From: an uncultured Flavobacteriaceae bacterium
GTDB taxonomy: Bacteria > Bacteroidota > Bacteroidia > Flavobacteriales > Flavobacteriaceae
Assembly: GCA_947502975.1 (NCBI GenBank)
Contig: CANNBV010000002.1
Coordinates: 685,251-749,250 of the forward strand
Reading direction: 5' to 3'
DNA length: 64,000 nt
Shown here piece by piece: positions 26,437-36,644 of this stretch (positions are counted from its first letter, which is position 1; every line of letters begins with the position of its first letter). The notes beneath the pieces were generated by a model. It searched no databases. It had not been told where the DNA came from and saw only the letters and a program-made list of their open reading frames with translations. The translations under genes were made by a program, and so were the position numbers.

Positions 26437-26931
26437 ATGCAAGACATGATAAACAAGCTTCCAAAGCTTGCCAAAGATAAGCATAACGAGAACAAAAAAT
26501 TCTTTGCAAAACTTAAAAAGAAACCGCCAAAGAATTTAGATTATGTTATGCAAGAATTACATGAAGAAGAATTTGAGCGTACCGATTGTCTAGAATGTGC
26601 GAATTGCTGCAAAACAGCGGGACCACTATTTACAGATAAAGATATTGATCGTATTTCAAAATTCTTCAAACTAAAACCACAACAATTTATAGAACAATAT
26701 TTGCGAGTTGATGAGGACAACGATTACGTCTTACAAAGCGTACCCTGTACATTTTTAGGAGCTGATAATTACTGTTCTATATATAATGTGCGTCCCAAAG
26801 CATGCAGAGAGTTTCCTCATACCGATAGAAAAAAATTTCAACAGATTTCTAATCTCACTTTGAAAAACGTAGCAATTTGCCCTGCAGCTTTTAACATTGT
26901 TGAGGCTATGAAGGCGCGGGTAAAATCCTAA
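26437..26931 (+). CDS. YkgJ-family cysteine-cluster protein (UPF0153)
   Basis: 164 aa with CLECANCCK plus downstream CSIY..RPKACREFP, typical of the family. Confidence 0.72.
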   Translation: MQDMINKLPKLAKDKHNENKKFFAKLKKKPPKNLDYVMQELHEEEFERTDCLECANCCKTAGPLFTDKDIDRISKFFKLKPQQFIEQYLRVDEDNDYVLQSVPCTFLGADNYCSIYNVRPKACREFPHTDRKKFQQISNLTLKNVAICPAAFNIVEAMKARVKS

Positions 26932-27067
26932 TAAGCTTGGTGTTACAGTCTCAATATTTAATATAGACTGTTCAATTTCAGATAGTTGTGTTAAAAAACT
27001 CATTTGTTCTATACGTCACTATTTTTTAAAGATATTTTGATTTAGGAACAATCAAAAACCTTTTAAA

Positions 27068-28219
27068 ATGACGACTAAGCCATATTTACATAATCTCACA
27101 TCATTGCGTGGAATTGCTGCTATTTTGGTAGCTGTATTACACTTTCATTTTTTTGTTACGCCAGTTGCAACTTCTCATATGGCACACATTGTAGATAAAT
27201 TCTATCTAATGGTAGATTTGTTTTTTATTCTAAGTGGTTTCATTATGTGCTATGTATACGAATCTCATTTTAAAGACAGTATTGTTAAAGTACGTTATAA
27301 AAATTTTATCATAGCCCGTCTAGCCAGAATATACCCTTTACATGTTTTAACAATATGTGCCGAGGTATTAATTTTTCTGTGTCTTATATCTAAAATTGGC
27401 TATGATAATTTAGGACCTTTTAAACAGCACCTTTACCGACTTGATGGAATTCCTGTCCAATTGGCCTTTTTACAAACTGTTGGTATTTATAATTTTGATA
27501 CTTGGAATGCGCCAGCATGGAGTTTAAATGCAGAATGGTGGGCATACGTTTTATTCCCATTTCTGTTTATTGCTTTTAAGAAATTGAAGGGAGCGAAACA
27601 ATTTTTACCTATTATTATTGCTCTTCTAGGATGGATTTTAATTGAATTTGTGTTATCTGCAAAAGAACCTTTTATGGATTTTCCACTAAACCCTAATAAA
27701 AGAACTTTAGATGTTAATTGGCACTACGGAACCGTTAGAGGAATAGTAGGATTTATTTGTGGAATGGGTATTTGGTTAGTATTCGAAAAACTTAAATTCA
27801 AGTCTATTTTAGGAAATGGATGGGTATTGATCGTTTTGGGGATCTTGGCTTTTTCTTCAATGATGTATGGCTGGTTCGATGTAATTACAGTGTTTTTATT
27901 TGCAATTATTATTTTGGTTTCGGCCTATGGAAGTAAACGAATAGATAAATTTTATTCAATTGCTATGCTAAAGAAACTTGGAGATTGGTCTTTTTCAATT
28001 TACATATGGCACATGGTATTAATTCATATTATTCTTATACCATTTACCAATATAGGGTCTAAACCCAAGAAGGAGTTTCAACTGTTTACAGAAGAGCTAC
28101 CTTCAGTATTTTTACTTTTAGCTTTTTTAACAATTACTAGTGTCATTGGTTGGTTGTCGTTTAAATATATTGAAACACCAACACGCCAATGGATAAAAAG
28201 GAAATTTAGTAGTCAATAA
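27068..28219 (+). CDS. Acyltransferase family 3 (OafA-like) membrane protein
   Basis: 383 aa, about 10 TM, with the N-terminal LTSLRGIAAILVAVLHF motif. Confidence 0.8.
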   Translation: MTTKPYLHNLTSLRGIAAILVAVLHFHFFVTPVATSHMAHIVDKFYLMVDLFFILSGFIMCYVYESHFKDSIVKVRYKNFIIARLARIYPLHVLTICAEVLIFLCLISKIGYDNLGPFKQHLYRLDGIPVQLAFLQTVGIYNFDTWNAPAWSLNAEWWAYVLFPFLFIAFKKLKGAKQFLPIIIALLGWILIEFVLSAKEPFMDFPLNPNKRTLDVNWHYGTVRGIVGFICGMGIWLVFEKLKFKSILGNGWVLIVLGILAFSSMMYGWFDVITVFLFAIIILVSAYGSKRIDKFYSIAMLKKLGDWSFSIYIWHMVLIHIILIPFTNIGSKPKKEFQLFTEELPSVFLLLAFLTITSVIGWLSFKYIETPTRQWIKRKFSSQ

Positions 28220-28278
28220 TAAACTATGCACGCATAATTTCTATAAGAGTTGTATATTTATGGAAACTAAATAGTGCT

Positions 28279-29115
28279 ATGGAAGAACTATTGAATTACT
28301 TTGAAACCATACCATCTCACCATAGAGCAATGATTATTGTAGGTGGTCTTACCCTTTTTTGGTTGTTAGAAGGTATTATGCCGTTATTTGGTAAACCATA
28401 CAAAAAATGGAAGCATGCGGTGCCTAATATCTTTTTTACTTTAACAACTATTTTGGTAAACTTGCCTTTAGCTTTTTTACTTTTGAAGTCATCAGATTGG
28501 GTAGAAGCTAATAGTTTCGGCATTTTAAATTGGTTACCAGAAATGCCATTATGGTTATACGTAACCATTGGTTTATTTCTTATGGATTTTGTTGGGGCAT
28601 ATCTGCCACATTTAATAGAGCATAAGGTGAAACCTTTATGGATGGTGCATTTAGTGCATCATACCGATCATAATGTGGATACAACTACGGCGAATCGTCA
28701 TCATCCTTTAGAAAGTATAATTCGCTATACATTTACTTTAATTGGCGTTTTTATCATCGGAACTCCTATAGCTTTGGTAATGCTATATCAATCCATGTCA
28801 GTTGTTGCAACCCAATTTAATCATGCGAATATCAAATTACCAAGGAAATTGGATGACATATTAAGTTACGTTATTGTATCTCCAGATATGCATAAAGTGC
28901 ATCATCATTACAGATTGCCTTATACCGATTCTAATTATGGGAACATCTTTTCTGTTTGGGATAGATTATGTGGAACCTTCATGAAGCTCGATCCAGATAA
29001 CATCATTTATGGTGTTGATGTATTTCCAGATGAAAAAAAGAACAACCATATTGGCGAATTGCTAAAACAGCCCTTTCAGAAATATGACAAACCTACTGAA
29101 ACTCCTAAAACCTAA
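28279..29115 (+). CDS. Sterol desaturase / fatty-acid hydroxylase superfamily protein
   Basis: 278 aa membrane protein with His boxes HLIEH, HLVHH(TDH), NRHHP and HKVHHH. Confidence 0.8.
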   Translation: MEELLNYFETIPSHHRAMIIVGGLTLFWLLEGIMPLFGKPYKKWKHAVPNIFFTLTTILVNLPLAFLLLKSSDWVEANSFGILNWLPEMPLWLYVTIGLFLMDFVGAYLPHLIEHKVKPLWMVHLVHHTDHNVDTTTANRHHPLESIIRYTFTLIGVFIIGTPIALVMLYQSMSVVATQFNHANIKLPRKLDDILSYVIVSPDMHKVHHHYRLPYTDSNYGNIFSVWDRLCGTFMKLDPDNIIYGVDVFPDEKKNNHIGELLKQPFQKYDKPTETPKT

Positions 29116-29165
29116 TTTTTAGTGGCATAATTAATGATAAATTAGAGGTTGTTAATTCATTCTAA

Positions 29166-30299
29166 ATGGAAGTTTTTGAAGGTTTTTTAAATATTCTGGT
29201 TTTATTGGGGGCTTTACAAGGTTTTATTGCCAGCACACTACTTTTTAAAAATAAGAACAATAGGTCTAACAAATTATTAGGATGGATAATTCTATTAATT
29301 TCTTTAGCCTGTTTAGATGTATATCTCTTTCAAGCAATTGATAATAAAGTAGGTTCAACTACATATCATTTAGTAAGAGCTATTTTACCATTGGGCATTT
29401 ACATGCCAATTTTTCCTCTTATTTATTTCTACATTAAGAGTTTGTTGCATTCTAGTTTCAAACTAAATAAATCACATCAATTTCATTTTTATGCTGTTAT
29501 AATTGATGCAGTACCTTATTTAATTGCTTTGGTATATGTGGTTGGTATATTGATAAAAAGTATAAATCCGCAAAGTAGTAATGTATACGGAAACTTAATT
29601 TATATGTGGAATACTTATGCAGATGTTCCTAGATGGTTTTCTCTAATATATTATCTGTGGTTAGTTTATAAAGAGATTACATCTAAAAATATTTCTGAGG
29701 CACATAGTGCTCAAATCATATGGGCGAAACAATTATTTAAAGGATTTGTACTGTTTGCAGCACTATGGTTTTTCTATTTAATACCTTACGTTATTCCTGC
29801 TACATCAGAAAAGCTTTTAATAACACTTGGTTGGTTTCCCATTTATATACCACTTTCGGTTTTAATTTATTGGTTAGGCCTAAAAGGATATATTATAGGA
29901 GCCAAAACAAAGGGTTCGATTTCTTCAAAAACCAAACTAGAACCTCAATTAATTGAAAAAACGTTGTTAAAGTTAAACGACGCTATGCAAAAGGATAAAC
30001 TATACTTAAACGCTTCATTAAAATTGAATGATGTTGTTGCTCATACAAAAATTCCTCAAAAAACAATTTCCTCAGTTTTGAATCAGCATCTAAATAAAAG
30101 CTTTAATGAATTTGTAAATGAGTATAGAATTCATGAGGTAAAATCAAAATTAGTAAGCCCAGATTTTGCGCACTTAACTATAACAGGTATCGCATTGGAA
30201 AGTGGTTTTAATTCTCAAGCAACCTTTCAACGCACATTTAAAACATTCATGAAACAATCTCCCAAAGTATTTAGGTTAAATTTCATGAATACAACTTAG
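29166..30299 (+). CDS. Membrane-anchored AraC-family transcriptional regulator
   Basis: 377 aa with about 7 N-terminal TMs and a C-terminal HTH_18 domain (ITGIALESGFNSQATFQRTFKTFMKQSP). Confidence 0.8.
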   Translation: MEVFEGFLNILVLLGALQGFIASTLLFKNKNNRSNKLLGWIILLISLACLDVYLFQAIDNKVGSTTYHLVRAILPLGIYMPIFPLIYFYIKSLLHSSFKLNKSHQFHFYAVIIDAVPYLIALVYVVGILIKSINPQSSNVYGNLIYMWNTYADVPRWFSLIYYLWLVYKEITSKNISEAHSAQIIWAKQLFKGFVLFAALWFFYLIPYVIPATSEKLLITLGWFPIYIPLSVLIYWLGLKGYIIGAKTKGSISSKTKLEPQLIEKTLLKLNDAMQKDKLYLNASLKLNDVVAHTKIPQKTISSVLNQHLNKSFNEFVNEYRIHEVKSKLVSPDFAHLTITGIALESGFNSQATFQRTFKTFMKQSPKVFRLNFMNTT

Positions 30300-30377
30300 A
30301 TAGTTCTCAAATCTAGATTTGAGTAGACTGTTACTTGTAAAATAACTTCATTTGAGGAAATAATTAAATTTTTAAAA

Positions 30378-31748
30378 ATGAAGAAATTACCATACTTAAT
30401 ATTGATAATAATTTTAGGGTTTGTATCAACCATTAAAGGGCAGTCTAATAAAAATATAGTTAAAGAAATTGATAAATATTTAATCAATAAGTTTAATAAA
30501 AAAGATGCTGGTGCATCAGTCCTAATAGCGAAAAAAGGAAAAATATTATATAAAAAAGGTTTTGGTTTAGCCAATCAAGAATGGCAAATTCCAATAAATA
30601 GTAAAACTGTTTTTCAAATAGGTTCCATAACAAAACCGTTTACGGCATTATGTATTTTGCAATTAGCAGAAAAAGGCAAATTATCTCTTCAGGATAGTAT
30701 TCAAAAGTTTATTCCAAGTTTTCCGTATAAAGACAATACAATAACCATAGAACATTTATTAACACATACTTCAGGAATAAAAGAATATCTAAATCTAGAA
30801 CATAAAAACCCATTTATTTTAAGAAGTGATTTGAAACCAATAGAAGTTATTGATTTTTTTAAAAATGAATCACTAAGTTTTATACCTGGAGCTAAATTTT
30901 CGTACTCTAATTCAGGTTATTTTTTATTAGGAGCTATTATAGAGGAAGTATCAAAACTTTCATATGCAGACTATGTGAAAAAATATATATTTGAACCAAG
31001 TGATATGCAAAATTCATTTTACGGTGATAATTTTAAAGTTATTCCAAATCGCGCAAGCTGCTATACTAAAGCTAGCGGAAAATTGAGAAAGGGAGATTAT
31101 TGGAGTATGACAATCCCATATTCAGCAGGAGCATTACTTTCTACAGCTGAAGACTTATTTAAATGGCAACAAGCATTATTAGGTAATAAATTATTAGGAG
31201 AAGAATGGCTTAAAAAAGCAGTTTCTGGTTACAAATTAACTGATGGGAGTATTTCTGCGCATGGATATGGGTGGTTTGTAGATTTTATAGATATAAACGG
31301 AAGCTCAACAATAGCGCATAGTGGTGGGATATCTGAATTTAACTCACTATTTATGTATTTGCCAGAAGAAGATATTCAAGTTATTGTTTTGTCTAATTAT
31401 GGGGAAACAAAGGTGGATGAGATTACTATTGATTTAGCACAATTGACAAAAGGAGATAAGTTGAATGGAACTAAATTAAGTAAAGCAATAAAAGAAAAAT
31501 ATAAAGGAACATATGAAAGTATTGTAGCAGGGAAAAAGAAATCAATACAAATTTATGAATTGGAGAAGAGATTAGTTCTTGATACTGGTGAGTGGAGATT
31601 TGAAATGCTACCAATTACTGAGGCAAAATTTCAAATGAAAAATGCGAGGCCAGTTATTACACTAGAATTTATTAATGATGATTCAGGGAAAATCAAATTT
31701 ATAACAAAACAAGAACAGGAAGTTTTTGAATGGATTAAAATAAACTGA
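30378..31748 (+). CDS. Serine hydrolase (class C beta-lactamase/PBP4*-like)
   Basis: 456 aa with a signal peptide, the SxxK motif SITKPF and YSN (FSYSNSGY). Confidence 0.85.
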   Translation: MKKLPYLILIIILGFVSTIKGQSNKNIVKEIDKYLINKFNKKDAGASVLIAKKGKILYKKGFGLANQEWQIPINSKTVFQIGSITKPFTALCILQLAEKGKLSLQDSIQKFIPSFPYKDNTITIEHLLTHTSGIKEYLNLEHKNPFILRSDLKPIEVIDFFKNESLSFIPGAKFSYSNSGYFLLGAIIEEVSKLSYADYVKKYIFEPSDMQNSFYGDNFKVIPNRASCYTKASGKLRKGDYWSMTIPYSAGALLSTAEDLFKWQQALLGNKLLGEEWLKKAVSGYKLTDGSISAHGYGWFVDFIDINGSSTIAHSGGISEFNSLFMYLPEEDIQVIVLSNYGETKVDEITIDLAQLTKGDKLNGTKLSKAIKEKYKGTYESIVAGKKKSIQIYELEKRLVLDTGEWRFEMLPITEAKFQMKNARPVITLEFINDDSGKIKFITKQEQEVFEWIKIN

Positions 31749-31867
31749 CATTTAAATCAAATGATGGTATTTACTAATCAAAAATAATTTATTCTGTTAT
31801 AAAACACATTTGTTGCGTAAGTATTTGATTTTTAAGGGGATAATTAATTTTTTGAAAACTATTAATT

Positions 31868-32356
31868 ATGAAAACTAAATTATTATATACTGTATTACTC
31901 TGTGTATGCGTTTCGGGTTTTGGTCAAACTAACCTAAAAGTAACTAAAGAAGACTATGGTTATTTAAAGCTACGTCTAGAAAATACAAAAGCATTTACTA
32001 TTGAGGTTATTAAAGCTATGCCAGAAAACGATTATTTGTATCAGCCTACTGAATCTGTGCGTACATACACAGCTTTGGCATCGCACATTGTATATTCAAT
32101 AGAATGGAATATTGAATTAATGAAAGGAGCACCAATAAAGTGGGCTCCTGGAGATGAAAATCGTTTTACAAAACAAGAACTTATAAGTTACGCAAATGAC
32201 CAATTTGATAGTCTTATCGAGTTTATTAAGGAAGCTGAAGTCTCTCCAAAATTAACTGATAAGATTATTGATATATTAAATCATAATGCCCACCATAGAG
32301 GGCAAATGATTACATATTTACGTCTAAAAGGTATCACGCCTCCCAAATACAGATAG
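31868..32356 (+). CDS. DinB-family protein
   Basis: 162 aa with the His triad pattern (ALASHIVYS...HNAHHRGQM) of DinB/YfiT-like four-helix bundles. Confidence 0.7.
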   Translation: MKTKLLYTVLLCVCVSGFGQTNLKVTKEDYGYLKLRLENTKAFTIEVIKAMPENDYLYQPTESVRTYTALASHIVYSIEWNIELMKGAPIKWAPGDENRFTKQELISYANDQFDSLIEFIKEAEVSPKLTDKIIDILNHNAHHRGQMITYLRLKGITPPKYR

Positions 32357-32358
32357 AA

Positions 32359-33261
32359 ATGAAATATATCAAAGTAACACTACTATTAATTCTACTTCTT
32401 GGATTTCAAAAGATGGTAGCCCAAGACTCAAAATATTTACATTATTTGGTAGATACTTTGCCAAAAGGAAAACCAGTCTTTGTGAATTTTGAGGTTGAAA
32501 ACGGATTTATGGCTACAGAGCGTATAGCAATTTCTAAAAATGGGAAAACTATATATTATGGTGTTAGAAATGGTTATGGAACTATGGGAGACTTAGACGC
32601 TATAGCACATATAATGAAAATAGAATATAATAAAGGTAAATGGGGCAAATCCAAAATTGTTTTTGCTGATAGTTCGGGAGCACCAGCATTTTCTAGAAAT
32701 GAAAAAACACTCTATTTTCAATATGATGATACATTATTAGTAAAAGGGTTGTATACTAATAAAACTAAAAAGGGTTGGAGCACACCAAAATCATTTAACG
32801 ATACAATTAGGAAATCTCACTATTTACAATCTCCCAGTAAACATAATTATTACTACACAGGAGGCATTGATAACAATGAAAATGTGCAAGATGTATTTCA
32901 TGTTATAACTACCAAGACAGATACCATTACAAAGCGTCTAGGGTTTCATGTTAAAGGAGAATGGTCCGATTTATATGTATCTCCAAATGAAGATTTTTTG
33001 ATTCTTTTACTTGGCAAAGAAAATAAAGGAGGAGAATATGAATTCTATGGAAATTCCAATCTATTTATCTCATTCAAAAAAGATGATGATACATGGACTA
33101 TTCCTAAAAACTTAGGGAAAGAAGTTCATAGTATATCAAAATGGAATTGGGGACCGTATGTTACAAGAGATAAAAAATATTTATTCTTTTCAAGTGCTGG
33201 GAAAATAGTAGGTACTTATGTGATAGATTTTGAGCGTATTTATAATCGTTTAAAACCTTAA
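32359..33261 (+). CDS. Secreted protein with PD40/TolB-like beta-propeller repeats
   Basis: 300 aa with a signal peptide. Repeated motifs ISKNGKTIYY, FSRNEKTLYF, VSPNEDFLIL and VTRDKKYLFF. Confidence 0.45.
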   Translation: MKYIKVTLLLILLLGFQKMVAQDSKYLHYLVDTLPKGKPVFVNFEVENGFMATERIAISKNGKTIYYGVRNGYGTMGDLDAIAHIMKIEYNKGKWGKSKIVFADSSGAPAFSRNEKTLYFQYDDTLLVKGLYTNKTKKGWSTPKSFNDTIRKSHYLQSPSKHNYYYTGGIDNNENVQDVFHVITTKTDTITKRLGFHVKGEWSDLYVSPNEDFLILLLGKENKGGEYEFYGNSNLFISFKKDDDTWTIPKNLGKEVHSISKWNWGPYVTRDKKYLFFSSAGKIVGTYVIDFERIYNRLKP

Positions 33262-34562
33262 TTATAAATTAAATACTTTTCTCTTGTTTTCTTAAAAGCG
33301 TCTAAGTCGTCTTTCCAAGTTGCTTTTATGTCTTTTTCACTTAAACCAGCTTCAATTTGCTTTTGAAGTTCAGTGGTTCCTGCATGAATTGTAAAATTAG
33401 CTGTATTAAAGAACTTTGATTTGTCTATAGCATTTTGATAAGCTTTGATAATCCACTTTAAAGTCATTTCTCCATGAAGTTCTTCCTCTGATAAATCCTC
33501 ACCGTAACATAATGTGTTTTGATGCTTAGGATACTTAGCTCCAAAATTAGCAACAGGTGTATACTTAAACGTCATAATTTTTTTGTCCAAAAAAGGTGCA
33601 CCATAACGTTGAAATTGAAATTCCGTGCCTCTTCCAGCATTAATATTTGTACCTTCAAATAAACCAAGACTTGGGTATAGTTTAATAGATTGATCATTAG
33701 GCAGATTAGGTGAAGGTCTTATTGGTAAGCTATAAGCAATATAATGCGAATAATTTTTAATGGGAATTACTGTAATATCGCATTGTAAACCATCGGCTAA
33801 CCAGTTTTCACCATTGATCATTTGCGCATATTCACCTATGGTCATACCGTGAACTAGAGGTATGGGATGCATTCCTAAAAAACTTTGATGCTCTATTTTT
33901 AAAGTGGGACCATCAACATAAGAGCCATTAGGGTTAGGGCGATCCAGAATTAAAATAGGAATTTTAGCTTCTGCACAAGCTTCCATAACGTTATGTAATG
34001 TGGAGATATAAGTGTAAAACCGAACGCCCACATCTTGAATATCAAAAACTACAATATCTAAATTTTCTAAAGATTCTGGAGTAGGTTTTCTATGTTTACC
34101 ATGTAGAGAAACTATCGGTAATTTTGTTTTAGTATCAATACCATCTTCAACATGTTCACCAGCATCAGCCTTTCCACGAAATCCATGTTCTGGAGCGAAT
34201 ACTTTTTTAATATCAATATTTAAAGCTTTTAGAGAATCTACAATGTGGCGATAAGTCCATTCAGTCATTTCCAATCCACTGTCCGTGTCAACAAGTGGTT
34301 TTAGAATTTCTATTATTGAAGTTTGATTCGCAACAATTCCAATACGCTTATCTTTTAAAATTGGTAAATACAAATCCATTTGATTAGCGCCAACAACAAA
34401 TCCTTCGAAAAGACTTACACCACAATAAACCTCATTGCTGTATTTTTTTTTATTTTCTTGGGTTATCTTATTACTCCTTGAGAAATTTCCACAAGAAATC
34501 AATAATAAAACAGTTCCTATTATTATCAGGAAAACCCTATTTTTGAAATTAGTAAACCGCAT
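33258..34562 (-). CDS. DUF1343 / exo-beta-N-acetylmuramidase NamZ-like lipoprotein
   Basis: 434 aa with a lipoprotein signal (LLISCG). The blocks GIVANQTS, FAPEHGFRG, DIQDVG(V)RFYTY and LDRPNP are typical of DUF1343. Confidence 0.8.
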   Translation of the reverse strand: MRFTNFKNRVFLIIIGTVLLLISCGNFSRSNKITQENKKKYSNEVYCGVSLFEGFVVGANQMDLYLPILKDKRIGIVANQTSIIEILKPLVDTDSGLEMTEWTYRHIVDSLKALNIDIKKVFAPEHGFRGKADAGEHVEDGIDTKTKLPIVSLHGKHRKPTPESLENLDIVVFDIQDVGVRFYTYISTLHNVMEACAEAKIPILILDRPNPNGSYVDGPTLKIEHQSFLGMHPIPLVHGMTIGEYAQMINGENWLADGLQCDITVIPIKNYSHYIAYSLPIRPSPNLPNDQSIKLYPSLGLFEGTNINAGRGTEFQFQRYGAPFLDKKIMTFKYTPVANFGAKYPKHQNTLCYGEDLSEEELHGEMTLKWIIKAYQNAIDKSKFFNTANFTIHAGTTELQKQIEAGLSEKDIKATWKDDLDAFKKTREKYLIYN

Positions 34563-34571
34563 AAATTAAGT

Positions 34572-35807
34572 TTGAATTACGAGTATTTTATAGCTAAACG
34601 CATAATTGGTAGTAATGCGTATAAAAGTAGCATTTCGGCACCAATAATAAAAATTGGTATCGCAGCTATTGCTATTGGTATGGTAGTAATGATGATAGCT
34701 ATAGCAACAGGTATTGGTCTACAAGAAAAAATACGAGATAAAGTAGTGGCATTTAATGGGCACGCTACAATTACAAATTATGATAGTAATGCGTCTCAAG
34801 AAAGCTTAGTGCCTATTTCTAAAACACAAGAGTTTTATCCTGAGTTCAAGTCGGTTGATGGTGTATCCCACATACAAGCAGTAGCAACAAAATTTGGAGT
34901 AATTCGTACAGAAACCGATTTTGAAGGTGCAGTTTTAAAAGGTGTTGGAGACGATTATAATTGGAGTTATTTCAAAGAGTTTTTGGTTGAAGGGCGATTA
35001 CCCGTCTTTGAAAAAAAGTGGAGTGAAGAGGTTTTAATTTCAAAATATCTAGCTGATAGACTAAAGTTTCATCTGAATGATAAATTTCAGATGTATTTTT
35101 TGAAGGACGACACCGAAAAGCCACCAAATATCATCAGTTTTGAAATTGTTGGAATTTATAATTCTGGCTTTCAAGATTTTGATGCAACGTATCTCATCGG
35201 TAATCTCAGGCATATCCAACGTATCAATAAATGGGATGAAGATCAAATTGGGAATTTTGAAGTCTTTATAGAGGATTATGATGATATTGAGCGTATGGGG
35301 GTAGAAATTTTTCAGAATACACCATCAACATTAAATACATCTACCATCAATGAAAAGTTTTATTCCATTATAGAATGGGTGAAAATATTTGATAAAAATA
35401 TTTATGGTATCATTGGCATTATGATTTTGGTTGCTGGTATCAATATGATTACTGCACTTTTAGTTTTGATTTTAGAGCGTACACAAATGATAGGTGTTTT
35501 AAAAGCACTTGGAAGTTCCAATTGGAGTATTAGGAAACTCTTTTTATACAATGCGTCTTATCTTATTATTTTAGGATTATTCTGGGGGAATGTTTTAGGT
35601 TTAGGTTTTTTATTTGCACAAAAGTATTTTAAGCTTTTCCCACTTGATCCCTCTGTTTATTATGTTACCGAAGCACCTGTGTACATCAATTGGACATATA
35701 TTTTAGGACTCAATCTTGGAACATTAGTATTATGTTTGATAATGCTCTTACTACCGTCTTACATCATTACTAAGATATCCCCAGTAAAAGCGATACGGTT
35801 TGAATGA
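34572..35807 (+). CDS. LolC/E-like FtsX-family ABC transporter permease, TTG start
   Basis: 411 aa with the FIAKRI N-terminus, a TM1-large loop-3 TM topology and the conserved LKALG block. Confidence 0.8.
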   Translation: MNYEYFIAKRIIGSNAYKSSISAPIIKIGIAAIAIGMVVMMIAIATGIGLQEKIRDKVVAFNGHATITNYDSNASQESLVPISKTQEFYPEFKSVDGVSHIQAVATKFGVIRTETDFEGAVLKGVGDDYNWSYFKEFLVEGRLPVFEKKWSEEVLISKYLADRLKFHLNDKFQMYFLKDDTEKPPNIISFEIVGIYNSGFQDFDATYLIGNLRHIQRINKWDEDQIGNFEVFIEDYDDIERMGVEIFQNTPSTLNTSTINEKFYSIIEWVKIFDKNIYGIIGIMILVAGINMITALLVLILERTQMIGVLKALGSSNWSIRKLFLYNASYLIILGLFWGNVLGLGFLFAQKYFKLFPLDPSVYYVTEAPVYINWTYILGLNLGTLVLCLIMLLLPSYIITKISPVKAIRFE

Positions 35808-35842
35808 TAATTAATATAAGAGCCAATCAAAGAACTAAAAAA

Positions 35843-35871
35843 AGCGATTCAATCTATTGAATCGCTTTTTT
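35843..35871. terminator. Bidirectional intrinsic terminator between lolE-like and sodC
   Basis: AAAAAAA-AGCGATTCAAT-CT-ATTGAATCGCT-TTTTTT: an 11-bp perfect stem flanked by A and T runs. Confidence 0.8.
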
Positions 35872-35952
35872 GGTTAAAGCATCATACCTAAAAAGGTATA
35901 GTTAGTTTTTCAACTGAAAAATTTATTTTTAGATTTTATAACTCTTTAAAAA

Positions 35953-36519
35953 TTACTCAATAATCCCAGCACAACTTACACGAGCTCCAGCAGCACCAGA
36001 CGGTTGCGATGTAAAGTCATCTGCTCCAGCGTGTACAATTACAGCTTTTCCTAAAATGTCTTTAGTAGCATCTCCACAGCCAACACACCATTCGTCGGTT
36101 GTTTTAGAAATGGTGCCATTACCGTTTTCATCAGCGGTAAAGTTACCTATGTCTCCTTTGTGATACCCTGTGTCGTTCCCCCATTTACCATGCGGTTTTC
36201 CTGTTGGGTTCCAATGGCCACCAGCCGATTTTCCATCAGGTGAGGTACAATCTGCTGTTTGATGAATATGTATGGCATGTTCGCCAGGTTCTAATCCACT
36301 TATAATAGCTGTCATAGTTACATTGCCATCTTCTTCTTTAAACACAACATTTCCACTAGTATTGGAATCGCTTTTAGAATTAAGGGCAATCTTAACTTTT
36401 TTTACTTTTACAACTTCGGTGGTAACGGTTTCTTCCTCAATTTTTACCTCTTCTTTTTTCTTTTTACATGCAGTTACAGATACAGTTATAGCAAGTAATA
36501 GAATTATAAATTTTTTCAT
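35953..36519 (-). CDS. sodC: Cu,Zn superoxide dismutase (lipoprotein)
   Basis: 188 aa with a lipobox (VTAC) and metal-ligand blocks HAIHIHQTADC, GGHWNP, HKGDIGN and VHAGADD. Confidence 0.9.
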   Translation of the reverse strand: MKKFIILLLAITVSVTACKKKKEEVKIEEETVTTEVVKVKKVKIALNSKSDSNTSGNVVFKEEDGNVTMTAIISGLEPGEHAIHIHQTADCTSPDGKSAGGHWNPTGKPHGKWGNDTGYHKGDIGNFTADENGNGTISKTTDEWCVGCGDATKDILGKAVIVHAGADDFTSQPSGAAGARVSCAGIIE

Positions 36520-36583
36520 GGTTTTGGTATTTTTTTATGTATTCGAAGTTAAGGTTTAATTGTACAAAATGCAAGAAACGCGT

Positions 36584-36597
36584 ATGACATATATCAT
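36584..36597. promoter_or_regulatory. CRP/FNR-type box ATGAC-ATAT-ATCAT (TGA-N6-TCA) in the sodC/hemN divergent region
   Basis: The dyad centre is exactly 33 nt upstream of the centre of the hemN -7 box. The same geometry occurs at the ccoS and ccoI sites. Confidence 0.6.
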
Positions 36598-36619
36598 GTT
36601 TTTTGTTTTTTCATTCCTC

Positions 36620-36627
36620 TAAATTTG
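36620..36627 (+). promoter_or_regulatory. -7 promoter box TAAATTTG for hemN
   Basis: TAnnTTTG, 17 nt upstream of the hemN ATG. Confidence 0.55.
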
Positions 36628-36644
36628 AATTATAATTATCAGGT

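Noticed and set aside
26755-27003. 82-aa minus-strand ORF overlapping the ykgJ 3' end
   Set aside because: It is antisense to a CDS with the family cysteine motifs and has no signal or motif of its own.
30296-30574. 92-aa minus-strand ORF overlapping the serine hydrolase 5' end
   Set aside because: It is antisense to the signal peptide and N-terminus of a clear SxxK hydrolase, and its composition is driven by the AT-rich complement.
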